Positions 10,215 through 18,320 of a DNA stretch of 54,190 nucleotides are shown here, in pieces. Within the stretch, counting starts at the first letter, position 1. Each line of letters opens with the position of its first letter. The notes beneath the pieces were generated by a model. The model had not been told where the DNA came from. It saw only the letters and a list, made by a program, of their open reading frames with translations, and did no database searches. A program made the position numbers and the translations under genes. This stretch comes from a virus (Duplodnaviria > Caudoviricetes): positions 1-54,190 of IMG/VR virus record IMGVR_UViG_3300046718_000581; one strand, written 5' to 3'.

Positions 10215-10361
10215 TCACCTCGCTACAGTTGTTGAGAACTCGCAGTACCTGTCCGGGCACCGCAGTGTTTCCAGCTTCCCCACGACCTCGACTTGCACCA
10301 AGGGCGTCCCGCACTTGGGGCACTCCCGTCGCGCCAGCCGCATGGCCTCGACCTGTCCCAC
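10215..10361 (-). CDS. 48-aa zinc-ribbon protein (not in ORF track)
   Basis: Hand translation MGQVEAMRLARRECPKCGTPLV...LRCPDRYCEF; fills the gap between neighbours. Confidence 0.55.
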   Translation of the reverse strand: MGQVEAMRLARRECPKCGTPLVQVEVVGKLETLRCPDRYCEFSTTVAR

Positions 10362-10362
10362 C

Positions 10363-10707
10363 TCAGTCCTCGACCCCGAGGCCGGCCATGCTCGTGCGGC
10401 CGTTGGTCCGCGGTTGCTTCCACGCCTTGGGCAGCGCCCGGTACGTACCCCGGGCCACCTTGCGCACGTAGCTGCCGACGACCAACCGGCGGAGCGCGTT
10501 CTTCACCCAGGAGTCCGCGCGCACGATGGGCCGGATGCTCTGAAAGCAAGCCCGGGCAAGCTCTCGGATGGTGACGTCCTCGTTCATCCGCACCGCCAGC
10601 GCGGCCAGGACCTTGCGCTCGTTCAGCGAAAGCTCATCGCGCGAGATGCGCGCCCGGTGCGTGTGAAGCCAACCGCCTCGCGGTGCTGCCGTTGCTCTGG
10701 TCGTCAT
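10363..10707 (-). CDS. Winged-helix DNA-binding protein
   Basis: LSLNERKVLAAL...TIRELA...VKNALRRLV..SYVRKV.RGTY. Confidence 0.7.
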   Translation of the reverse strand: MTTRATAAPRGGWLHTHRARISRDELSLNERKVLAALAVRMNEDVTIRELARACFQSIRPIVRADSWVKNALRRLVVGSYVRKVARGTYRALPKAWKQPRTNGRTSMAGLGVED

Positions 10708-10733
10708 CGACTCTCCCTCTTCTGGCCTCCCGC

Positions 10734-10758
10734 ACCCCCCGAAATTGTTTCGGGGGGT
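10734..10758. terminator. Intergenic stem-loop
   Basis: ACCCCCCGAAA-TTG-TTTCGGGGGGT, 11-bp stem, no U-tract. Confidence 0.4.
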
Positions 10759-10775
10759 CGAGGATGGCTGGGAGT

Positions 10776-11318
10776 CTACTTGATCCCGAGCGTCTTGGCG
10801 TAGGCCACAATCGAGTCAATCTGCTGAGCGGTCATGTTCTTGAAGGAGAGGGTCAGCTTCCCGTTGGTGCTGTAGTACTCCTCCTCGATTCGCACGTTGC
10901 TCACGTTGGCCAGCTTGTGCTTGGCCGTGATCTGGGAGACCTGCGCCGCCCGGAGCTTGGCGCCCCGCTGAGCCTCTGCATTTCTCCGGGCCTGCTGTTC
11001 CTGGGCGACCGCCAGCTTGGCGATGTGCTCGACCACTTCCGCCTCGACGACCGCGCGCTTTTTGCTGGTCGGACCGAAGTGGGTGTACCAGGACTTCCGG
11101 CTGCTGCGGCTCGCACCCACCGAGACCCGGACGCCCTTGCCGGACCCGACAATCTCCAGGTAGTCCAGGCTCTGCTCGCCGATGGTCATCTTCCTGACCG
11201 AGGTCGGGCCGTGCCCCTTGTAGATGCCGACCGCGATGTCTGCTTCCATCAGGGCGCGGAAGATGTTGTCTTCCATCGCTCGGATGCCATTGCGAACCTG
11301 GGTGCCTTCGTAGTCCAT
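10776..11318 (-). CDS. Early hypothetical protein
   Basis: GGGAGG RBS; codon usage like neighbours. Confidence 0.65.
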   Translation of the reverse strand: MDYEGTQVRNGIRAMEDNIFRALMEADIAVGIYKGHGPTSVRKMTIGEQSLDYLEIVGSGKGVRVSVGASRSSRKSWYTHFGPTSKKRAVVEAEVVEHIAKLAVAQEQQARRNAEAQRGAKLRAAQVSQITAKHKLANVSNVRIEEEYYSTNGKLTLSFKNMTAQQIDSIVAYAKTLGIK

Positions 11319-11331
11319 CTGGTACCTCCCT

Positions 11332-11601
11332 TCAACCGTTGTCCGACATCAAGCGGAACGCAGCTTCGCGGGCCGACCACGACTCGTGCCATTCGCGGGT
11401 CGCGTCCGTGGGCTCCAAGTCGCCCGGGTACACGATCGTGTACGTCGCGTCGCTCAGGTCATTCGCGTTCGTCTGGGTCGAGCGGTCAGCCGCTTCCACA
11501 TGGAACGCGTGCTCTTTGATGAGCAACTCCGCCTCCTCCCCGTCCCTCGCCCCCCACCTCTCGGTCCCCACCAGCTTGAACTTCCCGAACCACGTCATCA
11601 T
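11332..11601 (-). CDS. Early hypothetical protein
   Basis: First gene after promoter P1; purine-rich leader, GGAGG RBS. Confidence 0.65.
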   Translation of the reverse strand: MMTWFGKFKLVGTERWGARDGEEAELLIKEHAFHVEAADRSTQTNANDLSDATYTIVYPGDLEPTDATREWHESWSAREAAFRLMSDNG

Positions 11602-11641
11602 CTGGAACCTCCCTTCCCTTCCTCTTCCTCCCTACACACCA

Positions 11642-11669
11642 AGTATAGCCATTGGCTATGCTTTGTCAA
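11642..11669 (-). promoter_or_regulatory. Early promoter P1 with operator palindrome
   Basis: TTGACA-N16-TATACT containing TAGCCAATGGCTA. Confidence 0.85.
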
Positions 11670-11672
11670 GGT

Positions 11673-13070
11673 CTACTTTTCCACCTCGACCTCGACCACG
11701 TCCCCCCACGTGGCCGGCTTCCGGGTGCCCTGCCCGACCAGAACCCAGATCACCTTGACTCCCATCGGAGCGACCGCGGGGGCAGTCCCGTGCCCGTCGG
11801 TCACGAACACGATGATGTCCGGGCGGGGAGTGCTCTTCGCGAGCGCCTCGAACGCGGGCCGGAAATCCGTGCCGCCTCCACCCTTGAGCAGGGCGGCCAT
11901 CTCCTTCCAGTCCCGCACCACCTTGAGCGAGTGGACCCGGGCATCGCAGGCCACGAACGTCACCTTCGCGCCCGCGGCATCCATGATGCCCTTGCCCTCG
12001 CGGAGCGCGACCATCACCTCGGCGTCTCCCATCGAACCGCTCGTGTCGACCACGACCGCGATGTTCGGCTTGGGCGCGTGGAGCGCGGCCATCATCGGCT
12101 TGCCCGCTCCCACACCACAACCCCACTGGCGCCGGCTCAGCTTCTTGTACGTGGTGTCCACCGCACCCGCCCGGTAGGCCATCGCGTTCCGCACTGACCG
12201 GCTCAGCTTGTCCTGCCAGCGCACCTTGGCGGGCTCCAGCGTCTCATCCGCCCAGCGCGCCCACCCACCCGGGACGCTGCCCTGGCCCTTCTGGGCGGCC
12301 TGCTTGACCGCCTCGGCCACCTGCTTGCGGACTCGTTCCACCTCGCCTTCCGACCGACCCTCGGCCCCACCGTCCTGGGGCTCACCCTCGACCCGGTGCC
12401 CGGCGCACGACCCGCAGTGGCCGCCCATCGGGTTGCCCTTGGCTTCGCCACCCTCGCCCTGGCCTTCCCCTTCCCCCTCGCCCTGACCCTCGCCACCCTC
12501 GCCCTGACCTTCGCCCTGGCCGTCTTCCTCGCCACCCTCGCTCTGCTCGTCGCTCTTTTTGGGCTCACCCTTCTGGGGGTCCTTGGGCTGCTCCTCCTTG
12601 GGCTCGCGCAGCTTCGCGTAGTACGCCTCGGCCGAGAGCCCTTCCTCGTAGCCCTTCTGCTGGGGAAGGATGCCCGCGTCATCACCCACGAACAGGTCCG
12701 GGTGCTCGACCGCCAGGTCATCGTTGATCTCGTAGTCGGCGGCCACGTTCCACAAGCGGGCCAGCTTCTGGTCGGTCGCCTTGCCAGCGGAATCGACCAG
12801 GCCGAGCGCCCGGGCGCGGGCCGCATGGGCGCGGAGCACATGGCCCACTTCGTGGACCAGCACACCCGTCAGCTTGGCCTGGGGCCACTTGGCGACCGTC
12901 TCAGGGTCCCACAAGAGGACCATCTTCTCCGTGACGGCCAGCGTCTTGAGACCGGGCGCCTCGCGCGGGATGAGCCCCAACAGGGCGCTCGTGAAGTACG
13001 GATACTTCTTTCTGGCGCCCAACCGGGCGGTCGCCAACTTGTCGCGCGGACTCAGTTTCTCGTAGGACAC
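11673..13070 (-). CDS. DUF2201-like metallopeptidase + VWA domain protein
   Basis: HEVGH, WNVAADYEIN, acidic Gly linker, VDTSGSM MIDAS, GGGGTDF, FVTDG. Confidence 0.88.
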   Translation of the reverse strand: MSYEKLSPRDKLATARLGARKKYPYFTSALLGLIPREAPGLKTLAVTEKMVLLWDPETVAKWPQAKLTGVLVHEVGHVLRAHAARARALGLVDSAGKATDQKLARLWNVAADYEINDDLAVEHPDLFVGDDAGILPQQKGYEEGLSAEAYYAKLREPKEEQPKDPQKGEPKKSDEQSEGGEEDGQGEGQGEGGEGQGEGEGEGQGEGGEAKGNPMGGHCGSCAGHRVEGEPQDGGAEGRSEGEVERVRKQVAEAVKQAAQKGQGSVPGGWARWADETLEPAKVRWQDKLSRSVRNAMAYRAGAVDTTYKKLSRRQWGCGVGAGKPMMAALHAPKPNIAVVVDTSGSMGDAEVMVALREGKGIMDAAGAKVTFVACDARVHSLKVVRDWKEMAALLKGGGGTDFRPAFEALAKSTPRPDIIVFVTDGHGTAPAVAPMGVKVIWVLVGQGTRKPATWGDVVEVEVEK

Positions 13071-13135
13071 AACGTCACCTCCAACCAGTTCACCACCAGC
13101 CCCCCGCCCCACCCTCTCCCCTTCCCTACACAGCT

Positions 13136-13163
13136 AGTATAGCCATTGGCTAGACTTTGTCAA
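13136..13163 (-). promoter_or_regulatory. Early promoter P2 with operator palindrome
   Basis: TTGACA-AAGTCTAGCCAATGGC-TATACT. Confidence 0.85.
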
Positions 13164-13336
13164 GAACCTAGAATCGCGTAGAGGTCGTTTCGCAGCGAGG
13201 CGTGAACCAGGAAGGCGCCGGCTTCGTACTCGAAACGATTGCGTTTCGGGAGTGACTTGATCGCCGTCTGCACTTCCAGGGTGGCACCTGTCACACGGAG
13301 CCACTGCCCTTCACACGTCACCCTGGTCTTTTCCAT
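13160..13336 (-). CDS. 58-aa early protein (not in ORF track)
   Basis: MEKTRVTCEGQWLRVTG...LYAILGS*; own promoter P3, purine-rich RBS; stop lies in the -35 of P2. Confidence 0.7.
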   Translation of the reverse strand: MEKTRVTCEGQWLRVTGATLEVQTAIKSLPKRNRFEYEAGAFLVHASLRNDLYAILGS

Positions 13337-13369
13337 CTGGTCTCTCCCTCTCCCTCTCCCTACACACCA

Positions 13370-13397
13370 AGTATAGCCATTGGCTATGCTTTGTCAA
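13370..13397 (-). promoter_or_regulatory. Early promoter P3 with operator palindrome
   Basis: Identical to P1 over about 40 bp (CCCTACACACCAAGTATAGCCATTGGCTATGCTTTGTCAA). Confidence 0.85.
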
Positions 13398-13499
13398 CAC
13401 CCTATCTGCAAGTCATTGGAACCATTGGGCTTTGGATTCTAAGCTCCCCCGGCGGCGCCGTGTGGCCCGGTGTGGGACAAGTAGGATGCTGATTTAGTC

Positions 13500-13527
13500 T
13501 TGACACTGTCTTGCCAATGGCTATACT
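13500..13527 (+). promoter_or_regulatory. Early promoter P4
   Basis: TTGACA-CTGTCTTGCCAATGGC-TATACT; operator has one mismatch. Confidence 0.85.
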
Positions 13528-13565
13528 GCTTGTTGTAGGGAAGAGAGCGGGAAGGGAGAGAGAAG

Positions 13566-13631
13566 ATGCTGATCATGTTGGGAGTTCTGGTGTTTGGGGT
13601 CCTGGCCGTGGTTCGCGATTCTAGGGCTTGA
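13566..13631 (+). CDS. 21-aa hydrophobic micropeptide (not in ORF track)
   Basis: MLIMLGVLVFGVLAVVRDSRA*; follows P4 and an AG-rich RBS; stop lies in the -35 of P5. Confidence 0.5.
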   Translation: MLIMLGVLVFGVLAVVRDSRA

Positions 13632-13655
13632 CATTCACTAGATAGTGGCTATACT
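13628..13655 (+). promoter_or_regulatory. Early promoter P5 (variant operator)
   Basis: TTGACA-TTCACTAGATAGTGGC-TATACT. Confidence 0.8.
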
Positions 13656-13702
13656 AGGGCTGTAGTTAGGAAGTTGGGATTCAGGAGAAAAGGAGAGACC
13701 CA

Positions 13703-14833
13703 ATGCGCGACAAGTTGCTTCACGCGGTCATGTTCACCCCCACCCACGAAGGCTGGGGCCTCCCCGCCCTGTTCTGGGGACCCCCGGGAGTTGGCAAGAC
13801 GGCCATCCTGAAGAACTACGCGAAGCGTTGGGGCATGCACTGCGAAGTCCTCAGCCCTGGTGAGCGTGGCGAGGGGGCGTTCGGTGTGGTTCCCGTCCCG
13901 GCCGCGAACGGTAAGTCGCTGACCTACCCGGCGCCGGACTGGGTGGAGAACGTCCCGGTGCGCGGCATCGTCCTGGTGGACGAGATTTCGACCGCGGAAC
14001 CCGCGCTCCAGAAGCCGATGCTCGGACTGGTCCAGGGCAAGGTGATCGGGTCGCACAAGCTGGCGGGCGGCGTCCGGGTCATCGGTGCGGGCAACCCGGT
14101 TGACTGCTCGACCGGTGGGTGGGAACTCGCTCTCCCGGTGCGGAACCGGTTCGCCCACTTGGACTGGGAGGCGCCCAGTGCGGATGACTGGTGCCAGTGG
14201 CTGCTGAGCGGTGCGAACGGTGGGCCGGAAGTGGGCGGCGACGCCCAGGCCGAGGAGGACCGGGTCATGAAGGCGTGGCCGGGACCCTTCGCCAAGGCGA
14301 GTGGCCTGGTGGCCGGGTTCATCAAGCGCCGCCCGGAACTGCTCCACAAGATGCCGGCCGCGGGCGCGAGCGACCTGAGCTTTCCGACCCACCGCTCTTG
14401 GGAGTACGCGGTGCGCGCGCTGGCGACCGCTGAGGTTCACGCCCTGAGTGAGGCGGACGCGGAGACCCTGCTCGTGGGCTTCATCGGACGCGCGACCGCG
14501 GACGAGTTCATCGCTTGGAAGGCGAGCGCGGACCTGCCCGACCCGGTCGCCCTGCTCGATGGCAAGGAGAAGTTCGCGTTCGACACGCGGCGCCTCGACC
14601 GGACCCTGGCGGTCTACTCCGCTTGCGCCGCCCTGGTCTGCCCGAAGACGGCCGAGAAGCGGAAGGAGCGGGCGGAAGCGCTCTGGACCCTGCTCGCGGA
14701 CGCCGCGGGCAAAGCGGTGGACATCGTGATTCCCGCTGCGACCGCGATGCTCAAGGCGGGGCTCAAGGGTGACGCGGCCAAGCCGGTCCTCGCGAAGCTG
14801 GAACCGGTGCTCGCGGCCGCTGCTGGTAAGTGA
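13703..14833 (+). CDS. MoxR-like AAA+ ATPase
   Basis: GPPGVGKT Walker A, VLVDE Walker B, AGNP sensor 1, RNRF arginine finger, PTHRSW. Confidence 0.88.
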   Translation: MRDKLLHAVMFTPTHEGWGLPALFWGPPGVGKTAILKNYAKRWGMHCEVLSPGERGEGAFGVVPVPAANGKSLTYPAPDWVENVPVRGIVLVDEISTAEPALQKPMLGLVQGKVIGSHKLAGGVRVIGAGNPVDCSTGGWELALPVRNRFAHLDWEAPSADDWCQWLLSGANGGPEVGGDAQAEEDRVMKAWPGPFAKASGLVAGFIKRRPELLHKMPAAGASDLSFPTHRSWEYAVRALATAEVHALSEADAETLLVGFIGRATADEFIAWKASADLPDPVALLDGKEKFAFDTRRLDRTLAVYSACAALVCPKTAEKRKERAEALWTLLADAAGKAVDIVIPAATAMLKAGLKGDAAKPVLAKLEPVLAAAAGK

Positions 14834-14895
14834 AGGGCTTGACAAAGTCTAGACTCCTCCCCACCTTAGAGGTGGGGGGGAAAGGAGGTGGGGAG

Positions 14896-15474
14896 ATGGA
14901 CCGAATTGGAACTGCGCTCGCGCTGGCCACGAAGCTGCACGAGGGGCAGATACGGACGGGAGCGGACGGCGTGCCCTACCCGTACATCGCCCACCCGATG
15001 GCGGTCGCTGCCCTGGTGCTGGAGCATGGTGGGACGGGGGCGGAGGTGGCGGCCGCCCTGCTCCACGACGGCATCGAGGACGGTCCGCCGGGGTCGGCGG
15101 AAGCCATCGGCCACATGCTCGGCGCGGAGGTGCTCGCGATTGTTCGGGGGTGCAGCGATTCCGAGAAGGGCGGTGTGGTCCTGCCCTGGAAGGCGCGGAA
15201 GATTGCCTACCTCGGCCACCTGGAGAACGCTCCCCCCAACGTCAAGCTGGTGAGCTGCGCGGACAAGTTCCACAACGCGAGCGCCATCGTGAGCGACCTC
15301 AAGGTGCTCGGCCCTCCGTTCTTCAAGGCGTTCGCCGGTGGGCAGGACGGGGTGCTCTGGTACTACGAGGAGCTGGTCAAGGTGTTCAACGCGGGGGGAG
15401 CCCCCGCTGCGCTCGCACGGAAGCTAGCTGGTGCGGTTGCAGAGATGAAGAAGCTGGCGCTAGGATGTGCCTAA
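14896..15474 (+). CDS. HD-domain small alarmone hydrolase (SAH/Mesh1-like)
   Basis: H.GQ.R...PYIAHP..VA, AALLHDGIED, LVSCADKFHNA. Confidence 0.88.
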   Translation: MDRIGTALALATKLHEGQIRTGADGVPYPYIAHPMAVAALVLEHGGTGAEVAAALLHDGIEDGPPGSAEAIGHMLGAEVLAIVRGCSDSEKGGVVLPWKARKIAYLGHLENAPPNVKLVSCADKFHNASAIVSDLKVLGPPFFKAFAGGQDGVLWYYEELVKVFNAGGAPAALARKLAGAVAEMKKLALGCA

Positions 15475-15692
15475 TGGCCTCGATGCTCGATCTCATCATG
15501 GAAGCGAAAGCGAAGATGACCCCGAAGACCGGGTTCAACGTGGTCGGCGTCGACGACTTCGAGATGCCTGGGGACGAGCTGTTCCTGGTGGGGCACTACG
15601 AGTCCAAGGAGGACGCCGACCACGCGCTGGCGCAAGCCAAGGCCGCCTCGCCCAAGACGGCCTACTACATCTACGACCCGTCGACGACCTAG
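15474..15692 (+). CDS. 72-aa hypothetical protein, convergent with the synthetase
   Basis: TAATG coupling to the hydrolase; 4-nt tail-to-tail overlap with the synthetase. Confidence 0.7.
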   Translation: MASMLDLIMEAKAKMTPKTGFNVVGVDDFEMPGDELFLVGHYESKEDADHALAQAKAASPKTAYYIYDPSTT

Positions 15693-16609
15693 ATTTTGAC
15701 GCAGCCGAAGACGACGCGGACTGCCTGCGGGCACTCGGGCTTGATGGACTGCTTGCCCTGGTCCTTGGCGTAGATGTGCTCGGACATCGCGTGCGAGTAG
15801 TGGTCGATGACGGCCTTCGACTGCGGGTCCTTGAGGGTGGACTTCTGCAATTCGTTCTGCGGCTTGTACGCGTCGTGCGCCCAGTTGGCGAACGCGTCCT
15901 GCCCGGGCGTGCGTACCTGGATTTCCTTGGCGACGCCGTGGTCTTCCACGATGAGGTGGTGTGACCGGTAGTCGCCCTTCGGCTTGCTGATGTAGTCGGA
16001 CTCCTCGATGACCTTGTAGTTCGCTCTGATCTTGTCGGCCGTCGCCTTGACCTCGTCGATGTTCTTCACGACTGCGCGCATGCCGGTCGCATCCATGAGA
16101 CCCGTCGCGTCCTTGTAGAAGTGCGAGCCGTCGCTGTTGCGCGCGCGGTCCAGCTTCTCCATGGTGGACGAGAGTTCCTTGACGCGCGCTTCGATTTTGG
16201 CGTCGGGCGGCGCCAGCGAGGTGAGCTTCGCCTTCGCCTCTGCGAATCCAGCGTTGTGCCTGCCGAGGAACTCGCGGGCGATGTCGGCGTGCTCGCGTGC
16301 CGTCTTGCCAGGCGGGAGTCGGTCTTGGAGCGGCGACGTCGGCTTGAACACGCCCTCGGCGCCGGCAGGGTGCTTGCCGAGTGAGCCGCCATGCTCGGTG
16401 GGTCCTGGCCGGCGGTACGAGCCGGGGCCTGGCTGGTTGGGCGATGGCTCCAGGCGCCCGGGGTGCGGCTTGGCTACGCCATCTTGCGCGGCGCGGACAG
16501 CAGCCTCGGCGCCGTAGATTTTCTCGCCGGCGGCACTGACGTAGTACCTGCCTCCCCGTGGCCCGGTCGCCCAGTTCTTGAGCCCAGCACCCGTCGGCTT
16601 GGTCGGCAT
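15689..16609 (-). CDS. RelA/SpoT-family small alarmone synthetase (SAS) with N-terminal extension
   Basis: RVK..SS..EK, DATGMR, YRSHH, EIQVRT, WAH motifs intact. Confidence 0.88.
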   Translation of the reverse strand: MPTKPTGAGLKNWATGPRGGRYYVSAAGEKIYGAEAAVRAAQDGVAKPHPGRLEPSPNQPGPGSYRRPGPTEHGGSLGKHPAGAEGVFKPTSPLQDRLPPGKTAREHADIAREFLGRHNAGFAEAKAKLTSLAPPDAKIEARVKELSSTMEKLDRARNSDGSHFYKDATGLMDATGMRAVVKNIDEVKATADKIRANYKVIEESDYISKPKGDYRSHHLIVEDHGVAKEIQVRTPGQDAFANWAHDAYKPQNELQKSTLKDPQSKAVIDHYSHAMSEHIYAKDQGKQSIKPECPQAVRVVFGCVKI

Positions 16610-16618
16610 GCGCCGATG

Positions 16619-16786
16619 CTAGCGGGTTGCGCGCACAGCATCAAGGCACTGCATCCGTATCCACGCCGAGACGGAGAGCCCGACGCGAGACGCCGCCGTC
16701 TCGAACGCCGCGCGCTCCTCGTCGGTCAGCTTAATCATGAACGGCACAGTCCGGTTGTTGTGGGGCTGCTTCGCCGGCTTGGTCAT
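16619..16786 (-). CDS. Ribbon-helix-helix regulator
   Basis: FMIKLTDEERAAFETAASRVGLSVSAWIR; alternative start at 16810. Confidence 0.8.
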   Translation of the reverse strand: MTKPAKQPHNNRTVPFMIKLTDEERAAFETAASRVGLSVSAWIRMQCLDAVRATR

Positions 16787-16824
16787 CGCGTCCCTGCCTT
16801 TCGGTTCCATAGGTCCTAACCCCC

Positions 16825-16853
16825 AAGGTTAAACCTTATCTATACGTTGTCAA
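16825..16853 (-). promoter_or_regulatory. Promoter of RHH-SAS unit with its own palindrome
   Basis: TTGACA-N16-TAACCT; AAGGTT-A-AACCTT (16825-16837) overlaps the -10. Confidence 0.65.
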
Positions 16854-16972
16854 GTCTTTAAATTTCCGGTGCGGCTGTTCGCGCCCTTGTCAAGCGGCAT
16901 CGCTTATCCCCACTTCCACCTACATCTCCCCTGCCGGGGGGGCTAGAAAATGCACGACCGCTAGATAGGGGA

Positions 16973-17000
16973 TTGACATTGTCTAGCCAATGGCTATACT
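16973..17000 (+). promoter_or_regulatory. Early promoter P6 with operator palindrome
   Basis: TTGACA-TTGTCTAGCCAATGGC-TATACT. Confidence 0.85.
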
Positions 17001-17030
17001 GTGGGTTGTAAGGGGAAGGGAGGTGGGCAG

Positions 17031-17135
17031 ATGGGGCGCTTGGTGAAGTGGTTCCACCAGATGGTCGAGTCGCTCATGGGCGAGACCGTTGACGCGGAAC
17101 GTCAAGAGGCGCTGCTCGCTGAGCTTGGGTATTGA
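17031..17135 (+). CDS. 34-aa early peptide (not in ORF track)
   Basis: MGRLVKWFHQMVESLMGETVDAERQEALLAELGY*; GGAGGT RBS; stop lies in the -35 of P7. Confidence 0.65.
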   Translation: MGRLVKWFHQMVESLMGETVDAERQEALLAELGY

Positions 17136-17159
17136 CATCGGATAGCCAATGGCTATACT
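17132..17159 (+). promoter_or_regulatory. Early promoter P7 with operator palindrome
   Basis: TTGACA-TCGGATAGCCAATGGC-TATACT. Confidence 0.85.
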
Positions 17160-17199
17160 AGGTGTGTAGGAAAACAAGAGAGAAGAAAGAGAGGACCAA

Positions 17200-18036
17200 A
17201 TGGGCGCGAACCTGATTGTGACTGAGGCTTCCACGGCAGGAGCGGTTGTGTACTGGACGCTCCAGGGTGCGATTGACCACGCGAAGCTGGTGGCCGCGTG
17301 GAAGGACGCGGGGCTGGACCCGGACGACTTGGTCGCCCCCCCGAGCGCGGTGATGGCACTCCAGCGTGCGGTGCGCGAGTTCGCGAGCAAGCGCGTCCTG
17401 GCCCGCTCTATCACCCAGGGTCACTGGGCTCTGGTGGATGAGCAGGTGGTCGGAGACAAGCTGGTCTACACGGACCTGCTCAACGCGAAGCTGGACACCG
17501 CGACGGAGACCCTGACCCTGACCCCGGACCATGGTGGTGTGCGCGCCGCGTACGATGTCCACCGCACGGTGGTCGAGACCCGCGATGTGAGCAACTGGCT
17601 CGCGGGGGTCTGCGAGGAACTCGGTGGTGTGACGCTCCGCAATACGGGTGGCATCTACTTCCTGCCCCCGGCCGGGCTGGAGAAGTTCCGCAAGATCATC
17701 GCGGTCCTGGCCCTGGTGAGCGCCCACACGATTCACCGGATTCCGGCCATGAAGTGCGAGGAGGCCGTGGCCGCGGTCCTCAAGGCGGTCGAGGACGAAG
17801 CGAAGGCCGCGGCGGAGGCCCTGGACGCGGACCTGGCCGACACGGAACTCGGGCACAAGGCCCTGACCGGGCGAGCGAGCAAGGCCGAGAAGGTCAAGGC
17901 GAAGTTGATCGCGTACGAGGAGTTGCTCGGGACCGAGTTGACGGTCCTCAAGGACAAGCTGGAAGACCTCCGCGCGAACCTGGCCGCGGCCGCCCTGGTG
18001 GCCGAGGCCGCTGCCGAGGAGGCGAAGGCGGCCTGA
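17200..18036 (+). CDS. Early protein, DUF3150/DUF6744-like
   Basis: GAVVYW start, LRNTGGIYFLP core, Y..LLG tail; family assignment from memory. Confidence 0.55.
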   Translation: MGANLIVTEASTAGAVVYWTLQGAIDHAKLVAAWKDAGLDPDDLVAPPSAVMALQRAVREFASKRVLARSITQGHWALVDEQVVGDKLVYTDLLNAKLDTATETLTLTPDHGGVRAAYDVHRTVVETRDVSNWLAGVCEELGGVTLRNTGGIYFLPPAGLEKFRKIIAVLALVSAHTIHRIPAMKCEEAVAAVLKAVEDEAKAAAEALDADLADTELGHKALTGRASKAEKVKAKLIAYEELLGTELTVLKDKLEDLRANLAAAALVAEAAAEEAKAA

Positions 18037-18049
18037 GCCCCCCACCAGG

Positions 18050-18071
18050 GAGCCCCAGGAAACTGGGGCTC
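18050..18071 (+). terminator. GAAA-tetraloop hairpin
   Basis: GAGCCCCAG-GAAA-CTGGGGCTC; weak U-tract. Confidence 0.45.
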
Positions 18072-18091
18072 TCGATTGGAGGACCCGACCG

Positions 18092-18265
18092 ATGGAACGC
18101 AAGACGGTGACCGAGTACGAGAGCGAGGCGGTTCACGCAGTGCAGGTGGGCGACTACAAGCGAGCCGCGGAATTGTTCGACGCGGCGGCTGGGGTGAGCC
18201 TCGGGGCTAGGCGGTCGGCCTGGTACGCAGCCCGAGCCGATGAGTGCCGCGCCCGCGTGAACTGA
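18092..18265 (+). CDS. 57-aa helical protein (not in ORF track)
   Basis: MERKTVTEYESEAVHAVQVGDYKRAAELF...; GGAGG RBS. Confidence 0.65.
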   Translation: MERKTVTEYESEAVHAVQVGDYKRAAELFDAAAGVSLGARRSAWYAARADECRARVN

Positions 18266-18320
18266 GCCCTGCAACAGCCTGCCCGACCCCGTGGTCGGGC
18301 ACGCGATTGGAGGACTGACC

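Noticed and set aside
11632-17170. Repeats as a CRISPR array or attachment sites
   Set aside because: Irregular spacing, both orientations, exact -35/-10 content; no cas or integrase gene in the window
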